Below are positions 1 through 12,970 of a stretch of DNA of 64,000 bases, one piece after another; positions within the stretch are counted from its first letter, which is position 1; every line of letters starts with the position of its first letter. Origin of the DNA: Camelus ferus (Eukaryota); contig NC_045696.1 in the NCBI RefSeq assembly GCF_009834535.1, forward strand, positions 13,208,001 to 13,272,000, read 5' to 3'. The translations under genes and the position numbers were made by a program. The notes under the pieces are model-generated. The model had not been told where the DNA came from. It saw only the letters and a list, made by a program, of their open reading frames with translations, and did not search any database.

Positions 1-1357
1 GTGACCCCATTAAGGAGAACAAAAACAAATGGATCCCATGTTGAGGGAAGATGAAAGGCATCTTCAAGTCCCCTGTTCACTGTGAAGAGGAAACAAGCTC
101 AGAGGGACAGCAGGTATCCTCCATCACAACAAATTAAGTGTGTAGTTGGCTTTCTATGTCACCAAGCTCAGTTAGAGTGGAAATTATTTACAGTATTTTG
201 AATGCAGGTTGAAAATAAATCTACAGAGATGTGTAACTAATGTGTATGGAAATTCTTTCCTTTATTCATTTTCTCCTCCTTGTCCTTCTCCTCAGTATGC
301 TTGGAATGAGTTGAAAATGGCAAAGGATCCAGAGAAATGAGTGTGAAAGTGGCAAGGTTCAGAAAAGATTGCTACAAAATCAACCACTCTATCCCGGATG
401 AGTAGAAAGGGGATGAAATAGCATCTTGTGGAAAGATGTTCATCAATGCACAGAATGAGGGCGAGTGAATGGAAAATAGAAGATGCTGTGCATTAATTTC
501 TACCTCAGGACTTTGCTTGGAGCTTGTAAAAAATAATCTATAACTTGAAAAAAAATCACAGTTCCTTAACAACTCTGAGCATACTATCTATCTGAAACTG
601 GAAAATTGTTAACCTCTACAAGTAAATGTTACTTGAGAGCTTGATATTAATGAATTTCTATTCAGGGATCATTCTTGACTGTGTTGTGTCTTCCTGAATG
701 ATACTCAACTTAGCTAATGCTCTTCTTCTGTGACACTAGAAGTTTCAAGTTTACTTTTCATTTTCTGGGTCACATTTTTGAGTCTTTAAAACCTAAGACA
801 TCTTTGAATCTCTGTATAAATAATACATTTTAAGTAGTAAGCTCAATTTGAATTAAAATTTAATATTGTTAAGGAGTTATTATGAAAAGATGGGGCTTTG
901 GGTAGTTGGAAATTGTGGCTGTATGGAACGCATGGTACAGGGAAAAGGAAAGAGGAGAAAAAAAGTTTCACAAAGGTGAAAAGAATTCCACAAAATTAGC
1001 ATTTTGTTTTTGTGCTTTGCACAATTGAAAGTCTGAATCTACTTTTTCATGAGGAAAGAGTTGATTATTTTTTCATGCATGAAAATACAACTAAGATAAT
1101 CATTCTTTTGATGGTATAGCTTATTCTTGTAAATACATATACCCTGGAGTCTTTTACCCCTAACATACCTCTGTTTCAACATAAGATGCACATGTGTTTC
1201 CAGTGCATTGAATTCAACATCTAGAGTACATGGGTTTTGCTATCTCAAAGGGACAGCAGTTATGACTATTTATGCTTAGTAGATACAGATATCAACAATA
1301 CCAATCAGCAGAAACAATTTCTACTGGGCACACCTTTTTTTTTTTTTTTTTTAATGA

Positions 1358-1507
1358 TTACACAGTGTGAACTGAGGACTGTGTCCGAATCCCTCTCTCC
1401 TCTCGAATTAATTTGCCACATTCTAAATCCGTAGATAAAGTGGTTCCAGAGGTGGAGTTGGTTGGATGGGTTTGCTTACATTGCAGTCCATAAAAGAAAC
1501 AAAAAGC
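1358..1507 (-). CDS. GRIK1: GRIK1 alternative terminal exon, d-type C-terminus: AFCFFYGLQCKQTHPTNSTSGTTLSTDLECGKLIREERGIRTQSSVHTV*
   Basis: Translated by hand. Acceptor GCAAG|GCT in phase 0 with exon 16; 49 codons plus TAA. Nearly identical to the human GluK1-1d tail as I recall it. Confidence 0.92.
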   Translation of the reverse strand, partial: AFCFFYGLQCKQTHPTNSTSGTTLSTDLECGKLIREERGIRTQSSVHTV

Positions 1508-1910
1508 CTTGCATGCAAAAGAAATGAGAAAAAAATACAGAAAAATGAATAAATCACAGGCAAAAATGGGTTTTTAAATGAAAATTTAAATCAAATGAAG
1601 CTGGCAGTTATGAGAAGCACATTAAAGCATAACATATACAAGCTTTTATTTTTCAAATTAGTTGCATAAAACAAGACACCTCAAGAGCAAATCGAAAGTT
1701 AAAACAAAGCAGATCAGTTCATTCTCCCTTTAATTAAAGACAACTTTCTCTGAGAAGGTCTAGGAAAGGGGTTCTTAATCTTTTCACAATTGTCTTGTAA
1801 TTCGGGGGTATTTTCATGGCGAAGCCAGGTTATAATCAATCATCTCCATCTTTGGGAGTTTAAGGGGAGTTTCCCCTTAAAGGAAGTAGGACTCATATGA
1901 GATTATTAAC

Positions 1911-2016
1911 CAGAACCGGCTACGTTGTTTGTGGGGCCCAGAGCAAGACGGAAATATGGAGCCCTTGTTCTAAAATTATTAAGAACTTCAAGACAGTGAT
2001 AGCTGAGCATTAAACT
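1911..2016 (+). mobile_element. MER45A-like hAT DNA transposon fragment
   Basis: Resembles the recalled MER45A consensus (GGGGCCC..GAGCCCTTGTTC.AAAATTATTAAGAA.TTCAAGAC..GAGCATTAAAC). Confidence 0.7.
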
Positions 2017-2840
2017 AGTTTTACAATGAATAATTCATAGTTCCAAAATTCTACACGGTATCTTTAAATTGAATGGGTGACCAAATGCTCTACAGTGGGT
2101 CTGAGCTTTGTGTTTGTTTATTCTCATATGCTTACGAAGGAATTATCTTTAATCACAGCCATCTTCTTCAGAATAGTGCAAGCCCCTGGTGTAATTTTTG
2201 TCAACAACTAACAGACAAAAATAGTTGACTCTTGAAATCAACCATGATCCTAATTATAATTTGGAAAAAAATAAAAAGTCTTTAATGTATTTTATTGTGA
2301 TTCTGTATTGTTCATCGTATTCCTGGCAATTTTTTTTGTGATTTATTCTTTTACAAAACATATTTTGATAGAGGTAAAAGCTCCGTTTCAAAATATTACA
2401 TCTATATCTTTATGTAAATTGCTTTGCATTAGTACATGTGCTCAGTGTCTACACTTAAGAGATGGTAACATTTTTCTTGAAGGTCTCTATATTTTTTCCA
2501 ATTTTGAATTTACTTCTTTCTTCCCCTAAGGTTTCTATCTTAAAAGCAAATAACTGTTCAAGAAATTAACTCAGTTTGGAATTTCTGCATTGTCATTCCA
2601 AATAGTGCTAATTGGGTTTAGTGTATAAGGCAGTTCATTCTTTTCATTAATAAATGATGGGGCTACAGTGCCAGCAGCACCCGGCAGTGATTCAATAGCT
2701 CTTTGCTCTAACTCAGAAATGGCTCTTCTGGGCAACTAATTCAATAGACTGTTACAGACAAAGGGCATCCTTATAAACCCCAAACTTAAGACAGATAACG
2801 CAAACTAAAATCTACCCAGTCCTGGAAAGAGATGACTCAC

Positions 2841-3091
2841 CTGTTCAATATCGTTGTTCTTCCGTGATTTGTATATAAATTCTCCAATGGCTACAAATAC
2901 AGAAAGGACCAGTCCTGCAGCCAGAACAATGAAGATACCTCCAATATTTTCGACTCCCAGAGCACTGGCCTCTTTGTTGTCTTCCTCAGGGCAGCCATTC
3001 CCACGCCACCACTTCTCTTTCATCATATGCAGTTTCCCCTCTTCTTGTAACTGAAGAATAGCAATGGTAATTTTATCTCGGTAAGGAGAAC
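2841..3091 (-). CDS. GRIK1: GRIK1 exon ~16 (251 nt), S2 end and M4: (G)[28 protein letters not shown]...[10 protein letters not shown]
   Basis: Acceptor TTACAG|GT, donor CAG|GTGAGT, phase 1/0; ORF 2805..3197. Confidence 0.97.
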
Positions 3092-3277
3092 CTGTAAGTA
3101 AGATCATTTGGATATTGGTCACCAAAAGGTTGAAGAAGATGCACAGAAGGTTTATTGTCTTAGAGGTAGCTACTTTATAGCTGTTGGAAAACCCCAATCC
3201 ACAAATTGATCATCAAAGGGCATGAAAGTTCAATCCTATGTATTTTCTGACACTTTCCTTGACTTTATTTACTTTGT

Positions 3278-3415
3278 TATTTTTTAAATTGAACTGTAGT
3301 TGATTTACAACATTGTGTTAGTTTCTGGTGTATAGCATAGTGATTTAGTTCCTGTTTCTTTTCCTATTCTTTTTCATCAAAGGCTATTACAAGATATTGA
3401 ATACAGTTCCCTGTC
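3278..3415 (-). mobile_element. Truncated L1 3' end
   Basis: T-tract followed by TTGAACTGTAGTTGATTTACAACATTGTGTTAGTTTCTGGTGTATAGCATAGTGATT, a typical laurasiatherian L1 3' UTR terminus. Confidence 0.8.
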
Positions 3416-3631
3416 CATCCTGTATTTTGAATAATTGGAAAGGAGAGAGCTGATATGTTGAGATTAACTCTTACCCAGACTGTCTGTTCCTTTTAAGTAA
3501 GAAAAAGCTGAGCTGGGAATTCCATAACATCCCTCTGCTTCTGGCGATTTGTTTTCATGAATCATTTCCCACGTTAGGGAATTTTGTTGTGCAGATTCCA
3601 CATTTTTCTAGGCTTTTGGTTGTCAAATATT

Positions 3632-4033
3632 GTGACAGCCTGGCTAGAGGAACATCAGTGCCACTTTCTCTGCTTCCTAGGAGAGTTGCTAGACATTTCC
3701 TTATCTCCTTTACAGTTCACTGTGGTGACTGACCAATTTCTAGTCACTGAGAGCTAGGGCAATATATGACTATTTCCAGTCCTGTCTCATACATCCTCCC
3801 AACATCTCTCCCTCACTTTCCTCAGATAGGCAGCAAGGAGGAAAAGATTTTAAGTCACTAGCAATAGTGGAACCACTAATTAGGAAGGGCTTGGATCCCA
3901 GGATGACTGCGTGAAGCAGAATCTCTCTTTCAACCCACAACTGTACCGTGAGGTCAAGAAATAAACATCTACTGTGTTAGCCATTAAAAATTTATAGATG
4001 TTGGTTATAGTAATTACTCCACTAACTAATATA
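3632..4033 (+). mobile_element. Old MaLR LTR (MLT1J/I-like)
   Basis: TG start, AAGAAATAAAC..TGTGTTAGCCA poly(A) region and ACTAATA end typical of MLT1 LTRs. Confidence 0.55.
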
Positions 4034-6699
4034 CCTATTAAGATACTATTAAGAGTAGGTTTTAAATAATATAAAGGTCTTACAAAATTCAGTTAGATTT
4101 AGAAAATTTGCAAGCACTTTATTGATATTATTTATCCTCTACCTTCTAGTAATGCCAGTGAACTTTTGATTACGTTAGGGCTAAAGAACATCAACATCAG
4201 ACTCCAGCCATAGCTTGCCCAGAACTGGGTTCTTAGGTCAATGATGCAAAGAAGAGATTAAAAAACAAAAAGACGGTAAGACTTCCTTACTCAATTTCTC
4301 CTTAGATGTTAAGAATTTTTGTTAGTGTTTCTTCTACTTTTTAGGAAAGTAGTAGACCATAGCTCTTTCTGTTTGTAAACTTTAATGTTCTTCTTGGTGG
4401 AAATAGAAAAATGCAAAAAAAAAAAAAAGTAGCAAATAGAAAAATGTGGCATTTTAGAATCAGAAAAGATCCTAGGAGCCATATAGTCCAGACTACTTAT
4501 TTAGAATTGAAGAATTTAGGATGCGAACGTATGGGTGAAAGTAATAGTTACTGGCAGAGGAAAGAATTTAACGTAATACTCCTTACTTCTCTTGGTGTTA
4601 TTTCCTTGAAAGCTTCTCCCATTACCCACAGTGTCACACAGCCCCTCCTCTCATATATCTTATTTCTAGGGCATGGTTTAAGTTAGAAAAGCAGAGGATT
4701 AACATGATAACATTTGCCATTATTCTTCCATTCCTCCCAAGACTTCCTAAAGTCATTGTCGGACTCAAAATCAATTTTAAAAGAAGAGCAAGATGTTTTG
4801 GAGTCAGACTGTGGCTTGTCAATTAAGACTATGGATTTTTGGTGGGAAAATGGCTCTTGAAAGCCAAATTAAAAGATACTGACTGCTTGCTTAAACACCC
4901 CCAGAATAACGGTTAGTGTCAAAATTAGCACCATTTAACATACTTATAGCGTGTGAACAATTAAGTGAACCAGGAGAGCTTTACTTTAAAGCACATGAAA
5001 ATACTTTAAAGAGTGTAAGAATGATCCGTACAGTAACATCTGCAGCAGGAAGCATAGCAGTATACACAGTGGGCACTCAGTAAATGTTGACTGATGCTCT
5101 CCTGCCTTCAGGCTGCAAGATGCCTAAAATACCTCAAGCAGACGGGGATCGGATCTCTGTTTCAAGCTGGTCTCTAAGGAAGGTAATTTCCAGCCTCCTG
5201 GTAACCTGTTTAAGCCTTAACTGCTCTCATTCTCTTCAAGTTTTGTTTTAAATCCCTCAGGAGGCCCATATCCAGAGCTTCTGTCCTGAGCATCTCTAAG
5301 AAGCAAAGTCTTCAATTTAGTGTCATGACTGAGCTGACTTTGCCAATCTTCGACCATGAGAAGGAGTTTGGAGCCTGAAGGGAGTCAGTCAGGCACAAGA
5401 CTAGTAATATGTGGAGAATGTTTATATCTGAATATGTTTTAGCTTCAATTTTTGTTGCTGTTGCTTAAATGGACTGAATGACATCGGAAGCAATTTATTA
5501 CAAGTCACTTGAAAGAATATATACGTATACACACAGATCTTCCTGAATAGCAACTGATCTTTCTTAAAGAGTCAATTCATCATAGAAGAAACATCTCACA
5601 AATTTATCCAACAGCTGTATTCCCAATGGATGTATTCTCTCTGAGGTCTGCCATCTGTTCCAATTATTCCTTCATTGTTTTTGTTTTAAAAGCATGACAG
5701 GTTTATAACCACTATGAAAAATTCCTGAAGTGTATTTCTTTTCATCTAGGGAGGGGGAAAAATGCTTCAGCTTTGGAACTTGTATGTCAGATAATGCCTG
5801 AGGTTGGCAAAAGGTAGACTGAACTGGAACATTTAAATCTCTCTGTATCATATTATATAAGACATAGTGATACCCATCACAGGGTCAGCCTCATTCACAT
5901 GAAGGGAGAGTCATTTTCAAAATGCTTCAATTCAGGAGTGTTGCAAAAAGAAGCACCTTGCTTCCTCCACATTCCTCATCAAAAATTTTACCTTTAGATT
6001 TATATTCCATTCAGTAGAAGAATATCCATTAAAAGTCTCCTATTAAAGTATGCATATTCTCAGAAGAAGTGATACACATTGTTATTTTTATCATTATTAC
6101 CAGGCAGGAAATTCAGTGTTTTTGTGTTTTTGTCTCATGCATGGTCCATTTAACTGAAATCCATGGTGATGGGCTACAGAAAAATAACTGTCTAGCTTCT
6201 TCCACATTGTTATCCAAAATGAACGTGAAAAAGCTTGGTTAGGGAGATAGGCTATTATTTTCAAATCAAAAGGAAGCATAGTATCTTTTCAGTAGGTGTC
6301 TTAACAATCCCACTGAGTCTTCTGCAGAACACACTGACTTAGTTATAGGAGAGACTACCACTTGGGAAAAAATATATATATACTTCATTTGCAATGTTGG
6401 CATTTTTATCAGGAAAAATTGTTGGGAATAAAGGGGCAAGAAGGTAGTCACAGGTTCGCTAGCCTAACCATTCTACAGATTTATTTGGAGGACATACATA
6501 ACAACTATAATAATGTAGTTAATTTCTTCATAGCAAATATTTCTAACACCAGATAGAGCGCACGGAGTCAAATTGGTTATGTATTCATGGTAAGAGGTGA
6601 AGAGAGTTGACTTTTATTTGGTTAATCAAATTAATATTGATCAATAGTTGAACATGGACTACTTAGTCTTTTTTTGAAATAAATTTGCTACAATTAGCA

Positions 6700-6941
6700 C
6701 ATCAGGAAAGTTCACCAAAATCTGAATTTTTCCATGAAAAATAAAATATCTAATAACATTGTGCTCAAGTTCCCACATGTTTGCAACTGACTAGACCTGA
6801 AAGGCAGCTGCCCCTGTTCAGTAAGTCATGTTATGTCCAATTCTTCACAGTTGCTTCCATTCCCTACACCTCTTCAAACAAGCAGGCTTTATTCAATTAT
6901 ACCTGTTTGGCCTCTGTAAGCATTTGAGTTTGTGACCCCTG
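6700..6941. mobile_element. hAT-Charlie type DNA transposon remnant
   Basis: Ends in GCATTTGAGTTTGTGACCCCTG, a Charlie-like terminal repeat; family uncertain. Confidence 0.45.
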
Positions 6942-7872
6942 TCTGATGTTGAGTGTTGAACTAGATAATCCCCTTCAAAAAACAAAACTACTAATCTACC
7001 TTGGGTTTGTAATTATCTGATTTAACTCTGACTAAGATTTCTTATTGGACCAGCCCAGTGGTCTAAGATGGCCTCCAGTTTCTCCTCGTTGGAATGCTTA
7101 TCAGAAAATTACCAATGACTCACTTGAGAAGAGCAGATTGCCACCGTGTAAGAACTTACACAACACAGTTCCTGTAGTGAGGGAAATTGGGAGTTTTCCT
7201 AGAGAGGGACTCAGTCATTGTCCCTTGCATTCAGAATATAGGTCTGTATCCTAGACACGCAAGAAGACCTAGCTGTGTGGGTCTGTATGCCTACAAGGCA
7301 ATAATAACCCCAGGGAGAATGGTGGTACAAACTCAAGGAATAGGAATATTTACAGATTTTAGATAGTTATCAGTGATTGAATCTAGCACATTACCAGAGC
7401 AAATTATAAGTTAACCTTTGTCTTTTTTTCTTTTGGCTGACATAGCTTTGCTTTTCCATCTACATGGAACACTTGCCCTTTAACTTCGTCATCTACATTT
7501 ATTATTAATTTTGTTAATTTCCAGTACACTTTAAGATAGAAAAAACTCTATAGGCATGTGTAGGTACAGAAGAAAATCATGTGAAGATTGTTAATCAGGA
7601 AGATATTCTTTTAACAAAATTTGCCTGGGGTAAAATAACAAAATCTATATACTCAAACAAGTATGCAGTGGCAGAACTTGAAAGAAACAGTGAGTTGAAA
7701 GTTTATTAAATATCTTGGAATCTTCAATTCATAATATGCCTCTGCTCTGTATGATCATTATTTATTAGCCCACTGAAGGCACTGTAGACCTTCTCGGGAT
7801 GTGGAGCTGAAATCTCTGACTTTGTAATTGACATTGCCCATCTCAGTCGGGCCGATACCTTGCCTCTCTTAC

Positions 7873-8098
7873 CGATAGGCGTTCCCACTCCATAACCTTT
7901 GGAGTCAATGAGGCCCCCGATCTGAGTGAGGTTGCAGTTTCTCTGCGTCACGTACTCAATGCTGGTAGACTCCATCAGCAGGGCGTAGTCGGTGGTGAGC
8001 ACTCGTTGGATTCCCTCATCACTGTTTTTGACCAGGGCAGTCTGTTGCCTGCTACTCATGAAAGCCCACATCTTCTCATATGTGGATATCTTTGATTT
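7873..8098 (-). CDS. GRIK1: GRIK1 exon ~15 (226 nt), S2: [33 protein letters not shown]...GYGVGTPI(G)
   Basis: Acceptor CTGCAG|AAA, donor TCG|GTAAGA, phase 0/1; ORF 7724..8188. Confidence 0.97.
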
Positions 8099-11000
8099 CT
8101 GCAGGGAAATAGAGCATACCCACCAGCAGAGAGTGCTGAGAACACATGTCCTAAAGCTATTCAACATTTCCAGGGGTTCAAATAGCAAAGGAAAGATTTT
8201 TCACTTTAGGCAGGAAACCAACATTGATCCTGGGACTTCAGTTTGGTGGTTGAAAAGAGCCTGATTCACCACAGTAAAACACTTGGAAACACTCAGGCAA
8301 CTATTGAGGAAATGAGGTCTTGCCCCATTTATGTGAGACATTGCTGATTTCAGTAGGGAAGACAGAACATTGGTATCAATGGCAGCATTTGCCGAATGAA
8401 CTGTGGCCACTTAAGAGCAAGTCCTCAAGCCCCACTGGGCCAAGGGCTAACAGCACATCCCAGGACTCTACTCACTTATTCCATGGCCCTTCAGCTACTT
8501 CAGTAAGCATTGTCTTCCTGTTTTCCAGCATATAAGTTTCAATAGCTGATCCAACATTCGTTGGCAGGGAACAGCCTTGGGATAGATCACATACTTTCTG
8601 TGCTTTATTTATGAAAGAACTGCCAATTACTCTTATCTTTTCTGGAAAACTTAGAGTACAAATGGTCTTTTCAAATTAAAATTCAGATCAGAAAACTCTT
8701 CTCACTGTATTAATATGCTTTTTTATGTACATGTTTAATTTTAAATGGCAATTATATTTTAGATAATGACTGAATTTTCATTTGAAATTGTTCTCTGATT
8801 TTACCTTTTCCCTTATTCTTCAGCTTTTCAATAGACTCAGTAATAAACCATATTTATGATACATATTACATATGCATCTATACGTTCCACTAATTATCTT
8901 ACTTTCTTTGTTAAAACACACTAAGTTTTCATATCGCTTAGGTATACAATTTTTATTCTTTTGAATAGTGATCTGTAAATAGACATTTTTACAGTTTTAT
9001 TCTGTAATTTCCATATTGGTCCCAATTTTGTTCTATATTTGTCTTCATTTGTATCAACACTCCCCTCCATTTAGTTGGAAGATGAAAGACATTATGAGAA
9101 TTACTGATAATTCCAAGCTAACTTCAGCTCTCACCGTATATATTGGTGCACACACACAAGAGAGCTCCCTTGGCATGCACAGGGATTATCATCTCAGGAG
9201 GGCAAAGAAGCTTAAAACATGATTTGGGGCCATAAGCAATAAATGGAATACCTAGTGGAGTCACCTCTAGTATGGTTACTCATGCTCAAGTGTTCCTGGG
9301 GGCTCACTCAATTCCTAACTATATTTAAGATCTGGGTTAATGCTGTAGGCTTTATGAGTTAAAGGAGGACAGATGGCTTTATTTTGGATTGTTAGGCATT
9401 TGAAGAGCCCCTTGAGTAAGGTCTTGTGAGACAAACAGCAATTCAATAAACAGTACCTTATAGATACTGATATTTTATGGAAACCATTCTGTCATGATTA
9501 GGCTCCTGTGAATTACTCCTTACCCCCAGAAATATCTGCAAGTTGGAGCTCATGTCTCCATGCAAAAGCCATGTTTTTGAGGCTGGAGGTCAATGCCTCA
9601 TTTGTTGAGTAATTTCAGCCTCGAAGAGTCTGAAAATGCTAAATTTTCAGTAAAGAGCTACTTGTACAAAGGCAGGATGGTCAGTCTATTGTTTTACGAA
9701 TGCACTGCCAGGAAAACTACTCCTCCATCAGGAAACTACCTTAAGGAAAGATAATTTTCTTAGAATTATGAAACTTTAAGGTTCTCAGAGACTTTAGGAA
9801 TTGGCTCATTCAAACTGCGGTTTTCACAGAGGAGGAAGTTTTGGCACAGAGGTTTGGAGACTTTATGAAAGTCATAAAACTACTTAGCTTCAGAGCTAAT
9901 TCTGGGCCCCAGGACCCCTGACATCGAATTCAGTGCTCTTTCCACTGTACCGTGCTGATTTTGGGGAGGTGGATGTCGATCTTGCCAAAATTCTTATGAG
10001 AATGGTTTTAATCTTATTCGATCTACCTGTGATACATCATCTTATATTCATGAACTCATATTATGCCCTGAGATTGTTTGCTATTTGGTATCATGTTAAT
10101 ATAAACCAGGAGTTAGCTTCCACATAAAACATCCATGAAACATCTATTTTTTCACTGTATTTAAATTTTGTTGGAAATGAATGTGGTAAATACAATAGTT
10201 AGAAAGCTGGATTTTTTTTTTTAAGTCTATGGAAGTTGAGGACAAAACAAAGTAAATGACCTGTTGATTCATGGTGAACAGACAAAATACAGGGAGCCCT
10301 TTTAGGAATCCAGGAGTTGAAGGACATGGAAGAACATGATAAGATTCAGCTCAAAACTTACATACCTGCTGTTGAGCCCTGTCAGGTGTGGATCGCAAAT
10401 TATCTGTGGTGAAAGACTGTCTATGTTTTCATCCCATGGCAGACCTACCTGTGGTCCTACTACAGGGAACAAGCATACACTCACACCAGACGTGAATTCA
10501 CCAGATAAGCACCTGACAGCCCTCAAAGAAGTCTATATTCAATGAGAAGTATCCATTAATCATGGTCTTGGTGCCACCACAATATTATTTAGAAAAGCTA
10601 CAGTACTTCTAAACGCTTACTCTCAATTTCCTTTTTTAAAAATCACATCACAACTTGGTAACACAACGTTCCCTGAGTCAGCACACTCTTCACACAGCAC
10701 TGCTCTGTGGAGCTGGAGGTCACAAATTTAATTCAACCACATTTACTTCTTCCCTTTTGGAGAAGAAGGTTGTTCTTGGCCTGAACTCCCTGAGGCGCTG
10801 GAGGGGAAATCTAGATCGTATGGAGTTTGAAGCATTGAGAGCAGAACCTTTTCTCAGTAAGAAAACTATCAGTCACTAGGTGGAGGACTTGGTCAAGTTG
10901 AAGGTACAGGAAACACTCTAAATTTCTTTGACCTCCCCTCCTAACAATGGTAAACTTAATGGGGCAGAAAATAGCGCCCTTCTGTTTTCATTTAACGTTT

Positions 11001-12084
11001 TCTTTCGTCATTTAGAAATTTTGCTGTTGTGGGGATCCATTATATTCTACATTTGAAATTATAGACTATTTGAAAAGCTGGAGAGCTTAGATATATAGGA
11101 AGACCTGGAATTTGGCTAAGGAATAACCTTTTAACAGTTAAAAATGTCTGTAGATGACTTAAGCACTTTAGGATATAGTGTGTTTTCTACCTCTGGAAAT
11201 CTACAAGGAGAACTTCATGGTTGGGTGAGTTTCACTCAAGGATCCTTCAACCCTGGGATTCTACTCTCTAAACCAGACTTTTCATATTGTTTATGCAGGT
11301 CCTGACTTCAGGGACAGTTAAGTGACACACAGGGATCACACTGGTTAGGAAAGAGCCAATACAGAGTCAGAGTCTCTTTCCTCCTTATTCCTGAGTTTTG
11401 TCCACTGTCATACCATGTTCTGTAATGTTTATTTTTTGTTTGGTCAAAAAAATTACTCTAAGAGTAATTCATTTAGATTTATTCCTTTTTAATAGATTAT
11501 CTATTTTTAAGACACATACCTTAATAATTCTTAAAAATAGGAGCATACTTCATGGAACGTTATCATAACTATTAAAAGACTAAGCAAACTGTTTGAATGA
11601 CAGTCTGGATGTTTTTGCATTTCTAAATCTTTTGTATTCTCAGCCTGCCAAATCACTCTAAATAATACATATTTAAAAAGAAGAAACGCTGATTGCATCT
11701 TATTTCACTGAATATGCCAAAGGTTAATTAGAATATTTGTAAGGTACTCTGAGCTTCTTATCACAAGTCACTAAAACTCATTTCTTAAATCTGAAATCAT
11801 TCAGGTTTTTTTTTTTTTTTTTTAATCCTAGAGGCATATCAGGTTTAGATACATTTATTTTGTCTGGTTAAACCTGATTAAGCGGCTATTCTGATGCTGA
11901 TGAAACATTGTTGGCAAAGAATAACTATTTATTTCTCTAAAATCTGTTATAAGGGAGTGTTACTGTCTCACCATTCGGTGACCGTTGTTTATTTCTCTTT
12001 CTCTCCCATAACACACTCAAGTTAAACACTCAATGGGAAATGATTTGCAATGGGTCTCCATGTAGTTGAAGACTACTTATTGAA

Positions 12085-12310
12085 AACAGTAATAATGACC
12101 AGTAATAACATGTGCAGGTCTTCCTGTGTGCCCAGGACTATGCTAAGCATTCTGTGTGTATTAATCTATTTGATCTTCACAGTGATCGTAAGGGGAAGAT
12201 GCCCTGATGATTTCTCCTTCACAGGTGAGGAGACAGAATGCCACATAAAGAAATGGTGAAGCTAGGATCTCATCCCAGCAATATGCCTCCAGGGCTTGTG
12301 TTCTTAACCA
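12085..12310 (-). mobile_element. MIR SINE
   Basis: Core motifs TGTGCCCAGGACTATGCTAAGCA, ACAGGTGAGGAGAC, GCTAGGATCTCATCCCAG and TCTTAACCA. Confidence 0.7.
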
Positions 12311-12940
12311 ACGGGGAATCAACTGCTTGCTTTAATGCACACGAACATGGAACTCATGGCTTGGCTAATGTTTTAACAGCATTGACGCACTTTCTGAAGA
12401 AGTAACTGCAGTGAGTAGCTGTGCTACCTTTCTGCTGCAAATTCTTGTGGTCATCACACGATGACTGGGAACTATTTACAGGAGTCCAGCCAGCTTACCT
12501 TCGTTTAGACAAAAAATTAGACAGTGTTTTAGGAAGTGCAACAGTTGGAACCCAGAAGGAAAGGTAGATGTCGTTTGCATTTTTTCCTTTAACAGCATTT
12601 TGTATTTCACATAGTTCCATTGTTTTCAGTTGCAGGGTTCCTGCTATAACATGTAAAGTATGTGTGAATTCTGGAGTGTGATGTGGTCCTAGGACTGACA
12701 GAACCTCCATTTTATAGACACACCTCTCTAATATTTCATTTTTGCTGAGATAAGTGTCATTTATCATATTATTTCTTCAACTAGCTTATAGGCCTTCTAC
12801 AGTGAAGATGTATAATCTAATTATTTAGTAAAATAAACAGCTGTGCAATTCTACTTCAGGCCAACATGTGTAAAGATTTTACATACAAATACCTGTTTAT
12901 ATATCTTTATTTTTAAATATATCCATAACCCCCCCGCCAC

Positions 12941-12970
12941 GCACACACACACACACACACACACATATAT
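12941..12970. repeat. (CA)n microsatellite
   Basis: Directly visible. Confidence 0.95.

Noticed and set aside
1..1357. Search for the GluK1 a/b/c C-terminal exons
   Set aside because: No CLSFNAIMEE or KGKSSR coding sequence was found; those exons presumably lie left of the window.
7724..8188. ORF-track N- and C-terminal extensions of GRIK1 exons (also 31225..31722 and 41528..41746)
   Set aside because: They are intronic read-through beyond clear GT-AG boundaries; only the spliced portions are receptor sequence.
11451..11469. Palindrome AATTACTCT-A-AGAGTAATT
   Set aside because: Isolated 9-bp arms, consistent with chance.
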